A DNA stretch of 64,000 bases, taken from positions 186,001 to 250,000 of the forward strand of contig NW_002060965.1 in NCBI RefSeq assembly GCF_000150275.1, written 5' to 3'. Positions 39,491 through 52,812 of this stretch are shown here, one piece after another. This DNA comes from Trichoplax adhaerens. Lineage: Eukaryota; Animalia; Placozoa. The translations under genes and the position numbers were made by a program. Position 1 is the stretch's first letter. Each line of letters starts with the position of its first letter. The notes under the pieces are model-generated. The model worked only from the letters and a program-made list of their open reading frames with translations. It had not been told where the DNA came from and made no database searches.

Positions 39491-42400
39491 TCAAAAATTA
39501 TGAAAGTAAGCGAAAATACCTTCATGATCAATCAGTGATGCAACAGAAAATGCTGAAGATGCTCTACTAATAGTTAACTTTCGCTTACTAGAATGAGCAC
39601 GAGCACGAGCAAGAATTTGATTGATTGCATCTGCACGATCAAAATTTTGCAATCTTCGGTGAATGTTAGCGATTTTCTCGTATAATGTCAAAACTTTGGA
39701 ATGACCATTATCGTGAATGCTCAAAGTGATATTAAGAGCTTTTTGATAAACTGATAAAGCATCGTCTAATTTATTTTGCAAAGTATAGACATCTCCGATT
39801 CCGTTGTAGGTGTTTGCAACCTGCATATTGCCGTTGCCTAATAATTCCATTCGAATATGAAGTGAACTTTGAAATAATTTTAGGGCTTCATCCAATTTAT
39901 TTTGTCGCTTATAAATGGTAGCAAAACCATAATATAATGAGGCAACGGGTAGATTTTTCTTCCCTAATATATTTAATCTAATCTTGTAGGCATTTTGATA
40001 TTCAGTTACAGCATCGTCGTATCTTTCCAGTTTAACGTAGACATTGCCAACAGCATAATATGAATTGGCAACAGCTAGATCATCTTGACCTAAAATGGCC
40101 AATCGTATATCTAAAGCATTTTGATATGCAGATAGTGCATCTCGATAATTTTCTTGCTTCAAGTAAACATTGCCCTTACCATGATATGAATAGGCAATAT
40201 GTAAATTTGAACTTCCTAGCAAGATCAATTTCATATTAAGAGCTTTTTGGTACATTTCTAGCGCATCGTAATATTTATCTTTTTTCAAATAAACATCACC
40301 CAATCGGCAGTATGTGTAGGCGACCTGTAAATTCTTGCTACCTAAGCTATCTAATCTTAATTTTAAACATCTTTCAAAAGCAACTACAGCTTTATCGTAA
40401 CGAAATTGCAAGAAATAAATGTCTCCAATACAATAGTGAGTATACGCAGTGTCGATATTTTGATGTCCTAGTATTTTCCATTTAATTTTTAATGATGACT
40501 CATACATGGCTAAAGATTCATGATACTCATGCTGTTTTTCATAAACACTAGCGATGCTGTGGTATATATCACTAATGAATAAGCTGCTCTCACTGCATGT
40601 TTTTAATGCGATAATTAAAGATTTTTGGTACAACGAAAGAGCACTATCATAATTATTTTCCGCATAATAGACATCTCCAATGGCATAATAAGTATGGCAT
40701 ACTTGCAAACTTTCAGGACTCGATATTTTTAACTGTATTTGTAGAGATTTTTGATACATTGCAAAAGCATCATCGTATTGAAATTTCGAAAAGTATGCGT
40801 CACCAAGAGAATGATATGAGTCTGCGACCGGTAAATTTTCGTTTGCAAATACTTTTAATCGCACATCTAGACCTTTCTGATATAATGTTATAGCATCATC
40901 GTAATTACCTTTGGAATAATAGATATTTCCCATTGCATGATACGAATCGGCTGTGTAACAACTGGCATCGCTAAATAATAATTTTATTGCTGTATTTAGT
41001 GATTTCTTATACATGAGTAATGCTTCACGGTCGTTTTCTAATTTCCAGTAAATATTACCAATTCGTAGATAGCATTTAGTATTTTCTAAATTTTCTTCTC
41101 CTAGAATTTCGGTATATATTTCAAGAGCATTCTTATACATCAAATTAGCATCGTCATATTTTCCCTTATGATAAAAGACATCGCCTATTCCTAGATTGGA
41201 CTGTGCAACGCTCAAATTTTTGTCTCCCAGTAGATCTAGTTTCATATTAAGAGATTTTCTGTGCATTGTTAGAGCTTCATCGTATCGAATCTGTGCCGTA
41301 TAGACTACTCCAAAATAAAAATATGAATCAGCTACATCTAGATTCTGATCACCTAATACAGCTAGTCGAATATCTAAACACTTTTGATACATTTCCAATG
41401 CATTTTCAATCATTCTTCGTTGACGAAAAATATGACCCATAGCATGATAAGATGATGCTGAATATAAGTTATCATCATTTAAGGTCTTTGATGCAATATC
41501 AAAAGTGTGTTGATACTTTGCCATAGCATCGTCGTATTTATGCTGCTGTCGGTAAATATCGCCAATTGCATTTAATGTATCGACAATTTCCAGATTTTGA
41601 TCATCCAGTAATCTTACTTTAATGTCTAGCGATTTCTGATACATATTAAGAGCATCATTGTATTTCTCTTGTTTTAAGTACACTGTAGCAAGGTTATGAA
41701 GTGAATTTGCTACATGTAAATGATGATTACCTAATGTTTCTAAACGAAGATTTAAAGATTTTTTAAATAAATTAATGGCATCCTCGTATTTAAGTTTTGC
41801 ACAATAAACATAACCAATAGCTTGATATGATGAAGCAATATGTAATAGCATATTTCCTAGTAATTCTAATTTATTGTAAAGAGGATTTTGATGAGATAAA
41901 ACATTATCCAGTTGCGAATTTTGGTTTCGATGCGAAATACTATGATAACTTTGGGCTTGGCCTAATTTATTTATTCCTAGTAAATCAACTCTAATATTGA
42001 GGTAACGTTGATAAATTAAAAGAGCGTCGTCGTAATTATCGTAAGAAAAGTTAATATCACCAATTTGGTAATTTGAATTCGAAACTGGTAAATTATTAGT
42101 ATGCAATATTTGCATCCGAATTTGTAAAGATTTCTCATACATTAATAACGCTTCGTTATAGCGATCTTGAGAGAAGTATACATGTCCTATACCGTGATAC
42201 GTATAAGCTACTCCTAAATGATTATTGCCTAGTACAATTAATTTCAATTGAAGTGACTTATTATATTGCACTAAAGCCTCTTTATAAATCCGCTGCTTTC
42301 TTTTTATGGAACCTTGACAGTCATAGCATCGCGCAATACGGTGTTTATCCTGGGATTTAGTGGCAAGCCCTACTGCTTTACAGCAGTAATCGAGTGCCTG

Positions 42401-42733
42401 TTCATACTGATGTGATTTATAGCATGTAGAAAACATATCTAGATAGATATCACATTGAATTTGATCATGGAACAATGCGTCGTTTGGTATGGTTTTTACA
42501 GTATCTAAAGCTTTTCTATAGCTATGTTTCGCTTCTTCAAGATTTCCCGTACTAAAATGCCGGTGACCAATTGCTCGAAGAGATAGAAGTTCATGACCGA
42601 TTGACTTTTTTTTCTCCAATTTAGCTATATTTATCATTTTCGCTTTAGTCGCGTTACTGCCATTGGTATGCTTTACGTTACCAGTACTAGAACGTTGAGG
42701 CACCAATACCATTTGGCTAATTCGATGACCCAT
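39491..42733 (-). CDS. Long TPR protein (1080 aa, roughly 22-24 mostly 42-aa KLC/NPHP3-type repeats), N-terminus MGHRIS
   Basis: Uninterrupted ORF with the repeat consensus VAxSYxxIGxVYxxQxKYDDALxMYQKSLxIRLxxLGxxNL. No enzymatic or NTPase domain seen. Confidence 0.92.
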   Translation of the reverse strand: MGHRISQMVLVPQRSSTGNVKHTNGSNATKAKMINIAKLEKKKSIGHELLSLRAIGHRHFSTGNLEEAKHSYRKALDTVKTIPNDALFHDQIQCDIYLDMFSTCYKSHQYEQALDYCCKAVGLATKSQDKHRIARCYDCQGSIKRKQRIYKEALVQYNKSLQLKLIVLGNNHLGVAYTYHGIGHVYFSQDRYNEALLMYEKSLQIRMQILHTNNLPVSNSNYQIGDINFSYDNYDDALLIYQRYLNIRVDLLGINKLGQAQSYHSISHRNQNSQLDNVLSHQNPLYNKLELLGNMLLHIASSYQAIGYVYCAKLKYEDAINLFKKSLNLRLETLGNHHLHVANSLHNLATVYLKQEKYNDALNMYQKSLDIKVRLLDDQNLEIVDTLNAIGDIYRQQHKYDDAMAKYQHTFDIASKTLNDDNLYSASSYHAMGHIFRQRRMIENALEMYQKCLDIRLAVLGDQNLDVADSYFYFGVVYTAQIRYDEALTMHRKSLNMKLDLLGDKNLSVAQSNLGIGDVFYHKGKYDDANLMYKNALEIYTEILGEENLENTKCYLRIGNIYWKLENDREALLMYKKSLNTAIKLLFSDASCYTADSYHAMGNIYYSKGNYDDAITLYQKGLDVRLKVFANENLPVADSYHSLGDAYFSKFQYDDAFAMYQKSLQIQLKISSPESLQVCHTYYAIGDVYYAENNYDSALSLYQKSLIIALKTCSESSLFISDIYHSIASVYEKQHEYHESLAMYESSLKIKWKILGHQNIDTAYTHYCIGDIYFLQFRYDKAVVAFERCLKLRLDSLGSKNLQVAYTYCRLGDVYLKKDKYYDALEMYQKALNMKLILLGSSNLHIAYSYHGKGNVYLKQENYRDALSAYQNALDIRLAILGQDDLAVANSYYAVGNVYVKLERYDDAVTEYQNAYKIRLNILGKKNLPVASLYYGFATIYKRQNKLDEALKLFQSSLHIRMELLGNGNMQVANTYNGIGDVYTLQNKLDDALSVYQKALNITLSIHDNGHSKVLTLYEKIANIHRRLQNFDRADAINQILARARAHSSKRKLTISRASSAFSVASLIDHEGIFAYFHNF

Positions 42734-42960
42734 TTTATTAAATAATGACTACTATTTTATTTTGATCCAGTGATAAAGAGCCAAAATAATAAAAGATTTT
42801 TCGTTTAATAATAGCCCTACTCCGCTGATAAAAGTTGAAATCTTATAGCTTTAACGAAATGGTAAATTTGGAAATCTTTATCTATAAGAAACAGAAGATC
42901 CTCAGTAAGATGGGAATTAGTATCAGCTTTAATCTTCTCTTTTCGTGTCGTTAAATGTTT

Positions 42961-43355
42961 AAATTAGATCAAAATAATACCGCTCCTGGAACTATACTAG
43001 TGCAGAATTAACTATAAAATATTTTTAATACCATTGAAATTAGTAGCAATCTTTACTTTTTAAATCAGATCAAAATAATATCAGTGCTATAACTCAATTA
43101 GTGAAGGATTAAAGTTAAAACAGTTTGAATATCATTGAAATTAGCAGCTATCTTCACTTTTTAGATTAAGCTAATACCGTTACTAGAACTCGACTATTGA
43201 AGAATTAATATTAACATATTTCTTATACCATTGAAATTAGCAGCTATCTTTACTTTTTGAATCAGATCAAATTAATACCGGTACTAAATTGACTAGTGAA
43301 GGATTAATATTAAAAATATATTTAATAACATTAAAATTCGTAGCAATCTTTCTTT
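42961..43355. repeat. ~100-bp minisatellite x4, upstream of the long TPR gene
   Basis: AGATCAAA.TAATA...CATTGAAATTAG.AGC.ATCTT.ACTTTT recurs four times with divergence. Confidence 0.88.
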
Positions 43356-46300
43356 GATAGAAAGTCACATAAAAAACAGGATTTATTTAATCAAGTAGAG
43401 CTGTATTACGCTATCGTCGTTAATCGTTGTCGTTTTCACTCTCGAAGTGTTCGAATTTTTAATAGTCAACCCGAAAAGTCTATATAAGAATAGCCTTTTT
43501 CGGTAAATTAATGTTCATAGTAACGAGTGGGACCCAACAGTTACTGAAAACTTTAAGCAATTATTGAGATTGCATTTATTTATATCATTACGCATACGGC
43601 TCTCTTATACCTAGATCGAAATGTATACCCTAATTAATCAATAAGAAACTGTTTTTTATATAAATGATTGGTCGTACGTATCATTATTCATGGCAATAGC
43701 ATCCAAAATAGGTCAACAATATCTCTAAATAAGTATCTTTAAAAGCAATTGTAGCAATTTTAAATGAAAACAAGATTGATGACGTAGTATAAGAGAGTAA
43801 ACATTGTTATCCTTCAATCATAACACGTTCTTATTATGAATATATCGTATAACTGTATGCTCGATATAGCATGGAAGAAGGGAGGAAATAACGATAAATC
43901 AGAGTCATCTATATGTCTGTCCTTATATTTTAACCAGTATCTACGACAAACAAATCTGCAAATATAGTACATTAGTATGTAAAAATCGAATGCTCAGATG
44001 CACATATTCAAACTACGTGAATCTATGAGTACGAAATCGTCATGACAACCAAAGTTTAGAAAGATGATGATTACCTTGCTTACTGTTAGTTAACATTAAT
44101 AATATTGTATTTATTCTAAAATTTATGAATAACAATATCTTCAAACTGATGATAGACCATATTTTTGCAAAAGAAACGAATATTCTAGATTAATAAGTTG
44201 CAGTTGTCAACTTTTTTGTTACCTTACATCATATCTGATTCTAGTCTATCGTAAATAGAAGCATGCATAATTAAAGCCATTATTTGTGACTAGTTAATAA
44301 GCTATGCAGTAATTATTAAGAGTTATATTATTTAGATTGGAAAATTCCACACTCTCTTTCGTACACTTTTGGAATATGGTTTGAAAATAAATAAACACAA
44401 TGGCTATCATATACGAAAATAAGCGCTAAGGTTATAATTTAATGGATCGACAAGTATACTGCATTACGTATACTCTAATAGTAATAGTATCTGATAGTAA
44501 TAAAGTACAATATTTTTTGTCTTACAGCCAAAAGCATAAAGCATAAAGCAATCTACTATAAAAAAAATCGGTGGCGTAGTATTCGTATGAATATCATCGT
44601 TTTCTAGCATTTGCTTGTTTATTTTGTCACACGATTACTAAAAAGTCCATTTTTATCGATTCAAATTTCCTTTCCACTGAGAAAGCACATGAGACAATTA
44701 ATTTATGGTTATTATGGTATCTTCCACAATATTTCATACTTTTTAATTGACCGAAATAATTTTAAAGAGCAATTACTTATTTGGACTATCTACAAAGTCA
44801 TAGTGTTGGTATTGTACTTATAGATAAGTAATAATAATTATCATTGAATAATTTCTACTACAAATTTATAAACTAAATATTAAAGGTACTTCTTTTATTA
44901 TACAGTACTAACTGCTGTATCAAAACTTGGATAGCAAAATGCAACTGAATTGCTTGATTTTGTGGCGGATGGTACGTTTACTGATGGGGCCTTAAAGTGA
45001 ACAAATTTTACGTTTACTTATTATTCGGTACTCATTAGAATAAAAATTTTCAAAATTATCTTGGCCTTATTGAATCAGAACAAGAATATATAACTGAAAA
45101 TATAATATAACTTAGATTACAGTTTACCAGAAATTATAAGTATATCAAATATTGATAAACTTATTCGAGCAAAATAAAGTTAGTAATATTCACCGCAAAA
45201 ACTGTAAACTATTTACCGGCAATCTTGTCGTAATTAATGCCACGAAACTTTAAAGGACAAAAATAAAATACGCATTTATAAAATCTTTGAGACAGCGCGT
45301 AGATTGTCTCTATAGTCATTGCGTATACTATACCAACTTATATTAGTTATAACTCGAGTAAAGGAATTACAAGCAGAAATGTGAATGTAATTTTATTGCT
45401 TTAACATCTATTAAAAAACATATGAATTTGGAGTAAAAGCTAGTTTTAGTAGGAAGTGGATAAGCTATGTTTATGCATTATCCAGAAATTTATCAATTTT
45501 TCAAAAGCATGACTCTCTTAATAGGAAAAATAATATCAAAAACTAAAATTTGAAAAATTCGAGAAAGTTAAATCATTGAGTTGCAAAGCGCTCGAATATC
45601 TATACGATTCCATAAAGTTACAAGAAGTTGCTTATACCTTGCCGGTGTAAATACTATATTTTCATGGGATGAAAATATGAGTGATTACTTATCAATTTTA
45701 TACGAGAGGAACATTTTTCGTGTCAAATTAAAAAATTAGCTCAATTTTATCAACTACGCAACATAAGTTTAGACGTCAGACTCAATGACTTGATAATAGA
45801 TATCCAAAGACCAACATTCCATAAATCAAGTAGCTATCGTGTAGCATTTATTTTATGATAGATTATCAGCCTTACTAACTACGCAGAGACAGCTGACTGC
45901 TTTTCAAAGTTATATATATTCACGTCGATTTAAAATAATTTTACTTACTTGTTTTAAAATGGAGTGTAAGCTTTGAGTGATAATACTTTCATTTCATCGT
46001 TAATCAGAAATAAATGAAAGAATCTTTGTGTAATTTCACCTTAAGGTCCAAAATTGCAGTTAATTTCAGTTTAAGCAAGTTTCAGTCTTTGTTAGATTTA
46101 AAAATCTTTCACGACATATGCTATGTTACGACGTTCCTGTAGTGTTCTCTGAGCAGATAAAAGTAACCCAGTTCGAAAATCTTTGTCTATATATCACCGT
46201 CAATGAGTTCCGGTACATCAAATAAATGGGAACTGTCAAATAAAAATAATGAATTGAATTTTATTGTATTTTAATTGGTATTATGCAGTCTAATTAAGAG

Positions 46301-48136
46301 GCTAAAGTTGATTTAACTAGAAGCTAAAAATTATTGAGAATAATAAAGTAACCTGTAAGGTTAAATATTTGACTTCATTTAGATGCTCTTCAGACGCTAT
46401 AACATGGTTGAAAACGCATGCACACTTATACGAAACTATTAATGTTAAATAAATATATATTACTTTCACAAGCAGTTTATCTAAATTTATGAAATTTATT
46501 TCATAATAAAAATAAAGTATAATAAGCTGTAATTTATTAACTTTAGCCAGTTTTTAACATTGTAACATCATAAATTGATCAATAAGGCTGTAGTCCTGTT
46601 ACTGGGCTTAATGATGTACGATGATATTATCAGATATATCTTAAAGATTTTAACACTTTTCCTAAAGTCCCTGGTTTGATAAGTTTAATTGAAGTAAATC
46701 TAACAGAAATTTATCTAACCGTTTTCGCACCATGCATATTAAATTTTTCATAACATGCAATATATTAGAATATAATAAAAAGTTTTCAACTGTTAATGTC
46801 CTAGGTTACAGTTTTATTAAATATATTAAATGTTTCTGCTATTATTACGTTACAATAACAAGAGCGGCAGGTGCGTTAATCTCTCTTATATTCTGATACT
46901 TAAATAATTAATTCCATAACATCTATGATAATGATAGATTGAAAAGCATGTTCTTTGTACCTGAGAGAGCTGCTACTTAACTTTAAACGGTGAACATTAG
47001 TAAAAATTCAAAACTGCTTAAATAGCATTGCGGGATATTAAACAGAAGTGTATGATTAATTAAGTGATTCAGCGAATTTAAAATTTTGCTTCAGGTAGTA
47101 TGGCTCGGAATATCCATTTAAAAATAACATCTCGCAGTCAACATTGTAGGAAATGGAATGACGGTGAAATAGGCTTTCATTGATGATTTTTTGAGTATCT
47201 ATTCATCATTTGCATAGATATAAGAGCTCAAGCAGACAAATATTAAATTCTGTCTATTAACTCTTTCTAGATGCATAACATATTCATTTTTGAGAGAACT
47301 CGGGAAATAATTTGTTTCTTTTCGTCGAATTAGAGATTATTTTGTGAAATGAAAGCTATGAGCTATAGCTAATAATAAATTGCATCATAGATATTGTTGA
47401 TGACAAATAGTTATTCATGCGTTAATAAATTTACTTTTAAGTATTAAAGAATTCATAAAAAAGGGATACTTGAACACTTTTACGATTTGTTAATTCTTTA
47501 ATATGAAAAATAAACAAAAAAATGATAAGTATAATTACCATATGATATCTAGATAACAATTATTTAGTCTAAATACGATAAGCAGTATCACATCTGATAA
47601 TTATCTATTTAATGACGCATAACTACCCGGATACTATTTCACATTTTAATCAATAAAATAGATTTTAATGCCTTCTCATGCCTTAAACGGACCCCAATCA
47701 ATAAATAATTTAGTTTATCTAGGACGTAATGTTATAATTTCTAATTTAGTCTACCTATTTCAAACATAAAATTTATAAGGTATTTTATCACTTCAATAGC
47801 GTCCCTATCGCATTTATTTATTGTATGAATGAGTAATACGTTAGATTTGAAGGTAGGCCTTAATAGCTGGAATGTAAGTGATACAGTATTCTCATGTGAC
47901 CGCTATTTGATTCTTGGTCGGTTTAATGCTAGTTTTAATTAAATTCATTCAACAGAAATAGTGCAACTAGCAACTACAACTATCATATTCTTATACTAAG
48001 GCCCTTACCCAATGCTTACTTAATACTAATAAAGTTTCGAAATGTTAATAGTGATGATCACAAAGGCTCTATGGTGCTATGTAGTAATCATTTAGTGGTG
48101 AATATATTGATTGATGATTCATTTGCTCTTTGAGTT

Positions 48137-48471
48137 TATCACAAACTCCCGTGTAACAAGATAACGTTGTGATCGAATCTACGATCTCGCAATAATTAGT
48201 ACGCCTTCGCTTTACGTTATACTTCTAACCTTAGAAACTAAGAACTAACTTTTATTAATTTGTCCAATCGTTTATATAGATTTTATCTACAAGCTTTTAC
48301 CCACCTCTTAGAATACTACCAATCCAACTATAGATATAAATGACCTTTAACACATCACAATTTAAATCGTACCGTCTACAATCTATATCTGGTTACGTAC
48401 TCCTCGGCTTACAATATCATTGCAGCCGCAAAGCATGTACTATTTTGGTGCAGTGAGTTAGCACCGTGAAA
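48137..48471 (-). mobile_element. Older, internally deleted family B-like solo LTR
   Basis: Termini TATCACAAAC...ACCGTGAAA versus TGTCACAAAC...ACCGTGACA in family B. Shares ACAAG(G)ATAACGT, ACGCCTT.GCTT...ACGTTA and TTTATT...TTATATA blocks. TSD eroded (GAGTT/TATTT). Confidence 0.65.
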
Positions 48472-48636
48472 TATTTTCAGAAGCCTTTAGCTGTTGGAAA
48501 AATTAATATTGCGACAGTTTTTCTTTATCAGGCTTTGAATGAACTCATGGAAGCAAATTCTTACAATTATGCAATTATTAATTTATTCTATTAGCGGCAG
48601 TTGCTAGACGCAGTTATCATATATCTAGTAGCTATA

Positions 48637-49079
48637 TGTCACAAACCAGCTTCGTGACAAGGATAACGTAAAATAAATCTCTAAATTACTATAGTCTCCG
48701 GGATTCAGTATCCCTTAACTACCTCACAAGAATTTAGACGCCTTTGATTCTACGTTAAACTCAACTAGATAATTGAGAGCTATTTTATTCAACTATCTGA
48801 CGGGTTTATATACCCTTCTAATGCAGCTAACAATCGCGAGTCATCTTATAAAAATACCTAGGTGAGAACATCTACTACGTAATTTTTCACAGTCGGACTA
48901 CAGTGTGTCCATTCACTGAATCATTTCAGCGCACATTACAGCACAGCATTAAATTTACTGTAACACATTTATAATTAGAGTAATTCGTATTGTAAGTATC
49001 TAGTTGGTAATATATTATCACTGTATTATATTAACCAAATTTAGATAACTATTTCTTCACGGTAGTTCGTACCGTGACG
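48637..49079 (-). mobile_element. Solo LTR, family B copy 2 (443 bp)
   Basis: Colinear close copy of 37446-37887. Perfect TSD CTATA at 48632-48636 and 49080-49084. Terminal A changed to G. Confidence 0.88.
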
Positions 49080-51571
49080 CTATAGTAAAATTAAAGCCCG
49101 AGCTGGATTCTAATTGGGCGCGGTAATAATATCTTCCTTCACGCAGAAAACTCTAGCTTGTGAAAGCTGACATAATTAAAGTAAAATTCATCCATAAAAA
49201 TTGACTTAGTGTTCAGCTTTGAGTGTTTGAGTCTATAATTACTGGTATTCAAAGTATTTAAATTTCCTTATTAAACATCATTAGGGTCATAATTGTAAAG
49301 CTCCATTACAGTAAATTTGGCTGAAATAGAAATTTTTCGACGGTAGTTATGCAGCATATAATTCAATTGAATTCAATTCTTTCAACAAAATTAAAGTATC
49401 ATACCGTCTGGTAGTGGATATAAATCGCAGCGTGACAGATATGAATACTTAAATTATTTAACGCTTAATTTAATTAAACTTAATTATTTTAAAAGGATTA
49501 AAGTATCACATAGTCAGAAAGGGGATGAATGAGTAAATTGTAGCGTGCTGGATATGAACATTTACGTTTGAACTCTATAATATCTTTATTCTGATAAATG
49601 CCAACATAAGCATTATACCCTGAGTATGCCATTATAAAACACAAACCCGAATGTTTACCTCGTACACGTTCACATATTAACAACGATTCTGCTATAATAC
49701 TACAATAATAATATTTTAGATTGTGACCTTAAACCAGTCAATTATATTTGCGGCACTTACTAATTCACTAGTAAGTATCACCAGCATAATAGAAATACAA
49801 GAGAGGCGTAGAATCATTCTAAGCGCCGACAGTGAGTTCATAATTACTTTATTTCTCTAACAGACGATGTAATACTGGATTAATCAAACAATCTATTTCA
49901 GGCGTTTCTAATTTCTAATTAAACATTGCAAGATTACCATAATTTATAACTATAGAATATTTAATAATTGCACGTTTTATGTTTCCAAACAACTATTCGG
50001 CTATTTAGCTGATTAGGAAAAGATGGAATTTTTGTTGTAATTTCCATATAAAGGCAAGTTTGATATGAAATAGTAACCGACTTACAAATTAAATTACACT
50101 TTGAGCTAGTAATTGCAGAGCTGCACAATTTATGAAACTTAAAAGCAGCTGATATAGACAATAATATCAAAGAATGCGTTATCGTGATTGTTTCTGTTTG
50201 TCATAAAGTAGAGACAGATTTTATTGCAATAATGGCAGCTATTTAAATCCAGATATAACATCATTGAGTTCTATTTAATCTTATGTTAAAATTTTAATTA
50301 ATAGACTTATACTTCTGTTTTATACCAATATAATTTTAATCCAGACTAATCCTGCATTGGGTGTCAAATTCAGTAGTATCCATCTAATTTGAAAGGTATT
50401 CATGCTAATTTACTACTCAGATATCTTGCATGTAATTTCTCTTAATCTTAATTTCTTTTGAACGCATAGAATTAGCTGCGGTAAGCGTCGATTTTTTTAT
50501 GCATAATGAAATTTTAAAATATAACGTGATACACCTGCTCTAATATAAGTCTAATAACTTAACAATACGCCTATAGGCAACTAATAATTAGTATATGCGT
50601 TTATGGGGAAGTAATTTAAAATTGAATGAAATTAAATTTTCAATCATAAAACAATTGCTGACTTCCTATTCACTTCTTCTTTAAGGTCTAGATTTATAGC
50701 CGAATTAAGCGTATAAGATACGTCAACGATTATTAGAAATCATTAAAATTGAATATTGCTATAGATTATAAAGACTATAAACAATTAATCTCCTGCAAGT
50801 TAATACAGTCTTCCTAAAACCTGCAAACGCTAATTATATTAATCGCTCCTACATTTCAGGATTATGCCTAGTTATTATTATACTGGTAACTATTGGCAAA
50901 CGTGCGGAAGTAAAACAGTTTTGAATAATTCACAATGCTCTTGCAGCATAAAAATCAAAAATCATAGAATTTTAATGCTCAATATTGACTACACTTTTTT
51001 ATTACTTATGGCTTTTGATAACAAAAGCGATTAGTAGATTGAAAACTAAAAATCTCGGACAATTACGATGGAGGAATAAAAGATATTTTCGTGGTTAAAA
51101 AGTACTGCAGGTGCAATAATCTTAAGTTTACTGCAGTAGCTATAAGTGCAGTAAACTAATGTATACTTCTATATTTTAGTAAGTTGGAGTACTTATAGTT
51201 ACGATCATCGACATATACAAAACGGAGGGTTCCATGAGATTGAGTATGTCAGCTGATATTTCGCTACGCAAAATAAAAGCAAATCTGTCTTATAGTAGAC
51301 GTAGCTGACATATGAAGGACGTAACCATAAAGAATTAAAAATAATTCATATTATACATTTCATCTGATGCTAAATATGTTTTATTGAAGGCATTGGAAAT
51401 GAGAAAAATAGCATTTAAAATTGCAACAAAGACTGACGCAGCGGCGATTTAGTATAGGAAATATTTTAAATTGTTCTTCAAAGCATAGCAGAATTATCGC
51501 ACCCATTATTGTCGATATCCTAAGTTTTACTTTATTTTTAAAATAAAGATTAATAAATTATCGCATTTTAG

Positions 51572-52150
51572 AGTTTATTTACTTAAGTTTAAGATATTAA
51601 TTCAGGAAGTCAGGTATCTAATAATGTTGAACCAAGATTCTCTATTCACTAAATACAGTCAATCAATATTGGCTATTTCTATAAAATCATGTCGCATAGA
51701 ACTGAGTTCTTTGGTTCATGGCATCCTTTAAGTTTGCTTAACCTAAGATATTAATTCAGAAAGTTCGATCTTTCTATAAAATCAAGTTACGTATCATCGA
51801 GTTCTTCGCTTCATAACATATTAATTAAAGTTTAACTAACTCTTAGATATTAATTCAGGAGGTTAGATTTCCAATAATGCCAAACCTAGACGGACTGTTT
51901 ACTAGTCACAGTCAATTGATATTGGCTATTTGTATAAAATCTTGTCGCATACAATATAATTAATTTCTTTGCTTCATAATATATTCTTTAAAGTTTACTT
52001 AACTTCCAAGGTATTAACTCAGGAAGTTATGTCTCCAATAATGCCGAACCTAGACCGTCTAATTACTAACCATAGTCAATTGATATTGGCTATTTCTATA
52101 AAAATTTTGTCCTATATAATTGAGTTCTTAGGCTCATAGCATATTCTTTA
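51572..52150. repeat. ~155-165-bp minisatellite x4 (second unit internally deleted), upstream of TPR gene 2
   Basis: AG.TATTAA.TCAG occurs four times; AGTCAAT..ATATTGGCTATTT.TATAAAA occurs three times. Confidence 0.85.
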
Positions 52151-52812
52151 CCTTCAAGGGATTAATATTGATGGTGATATTATTTATAACTCTATTATGC
52201 CAGTCACTATAGAATTAAATAGTAAAATCCTTTATGAATTTGGCCACTCAGAATCAAATTGAAAACTAGTCCTAGCATGGTATTAATATTTACAATACCT
52301 CCATGAATGCGTATAAAAGCGAAAGAATTGAAATTGTTTTATTTTTCTAAATCATAAAAGCTGATATTTGTTAATTAACTTAGATTACTTATATTATCTG
52401 TTCAAATCAAAAATTTAAATAAAATTCTTTCTTGAAAGGGACTAGAGGGTGACGGTGACAGAATGATTTCCCTGGGATGAAACTGTTAGTTACATTAACT
52501 GCAGTTATTATTTAAGAAGCAGTTCTTAAAATAAATTCACTCCGATAGATCATTATTTTTCGCCCTTGAGACATTAACAATTAGGTAATAAATTGGACGA
52601 AATTTTTGCATCCTTGGAGCGACGAACGTGAATTTAAAGTTGTTTTGCATTCATTCCAATTTAATAATCATTATTTCAAGAAAAATTAAAAAAACTACTT
52701 TTAGAGCAGATTGATTTTATTGGCACATGATCAATTTGATTTAATTGCAATCTCCTTTTCAGCGATTTTGATTTACGTGAGAGAAGATAATTAGATTATA
52801 TTTACTTCAAGC

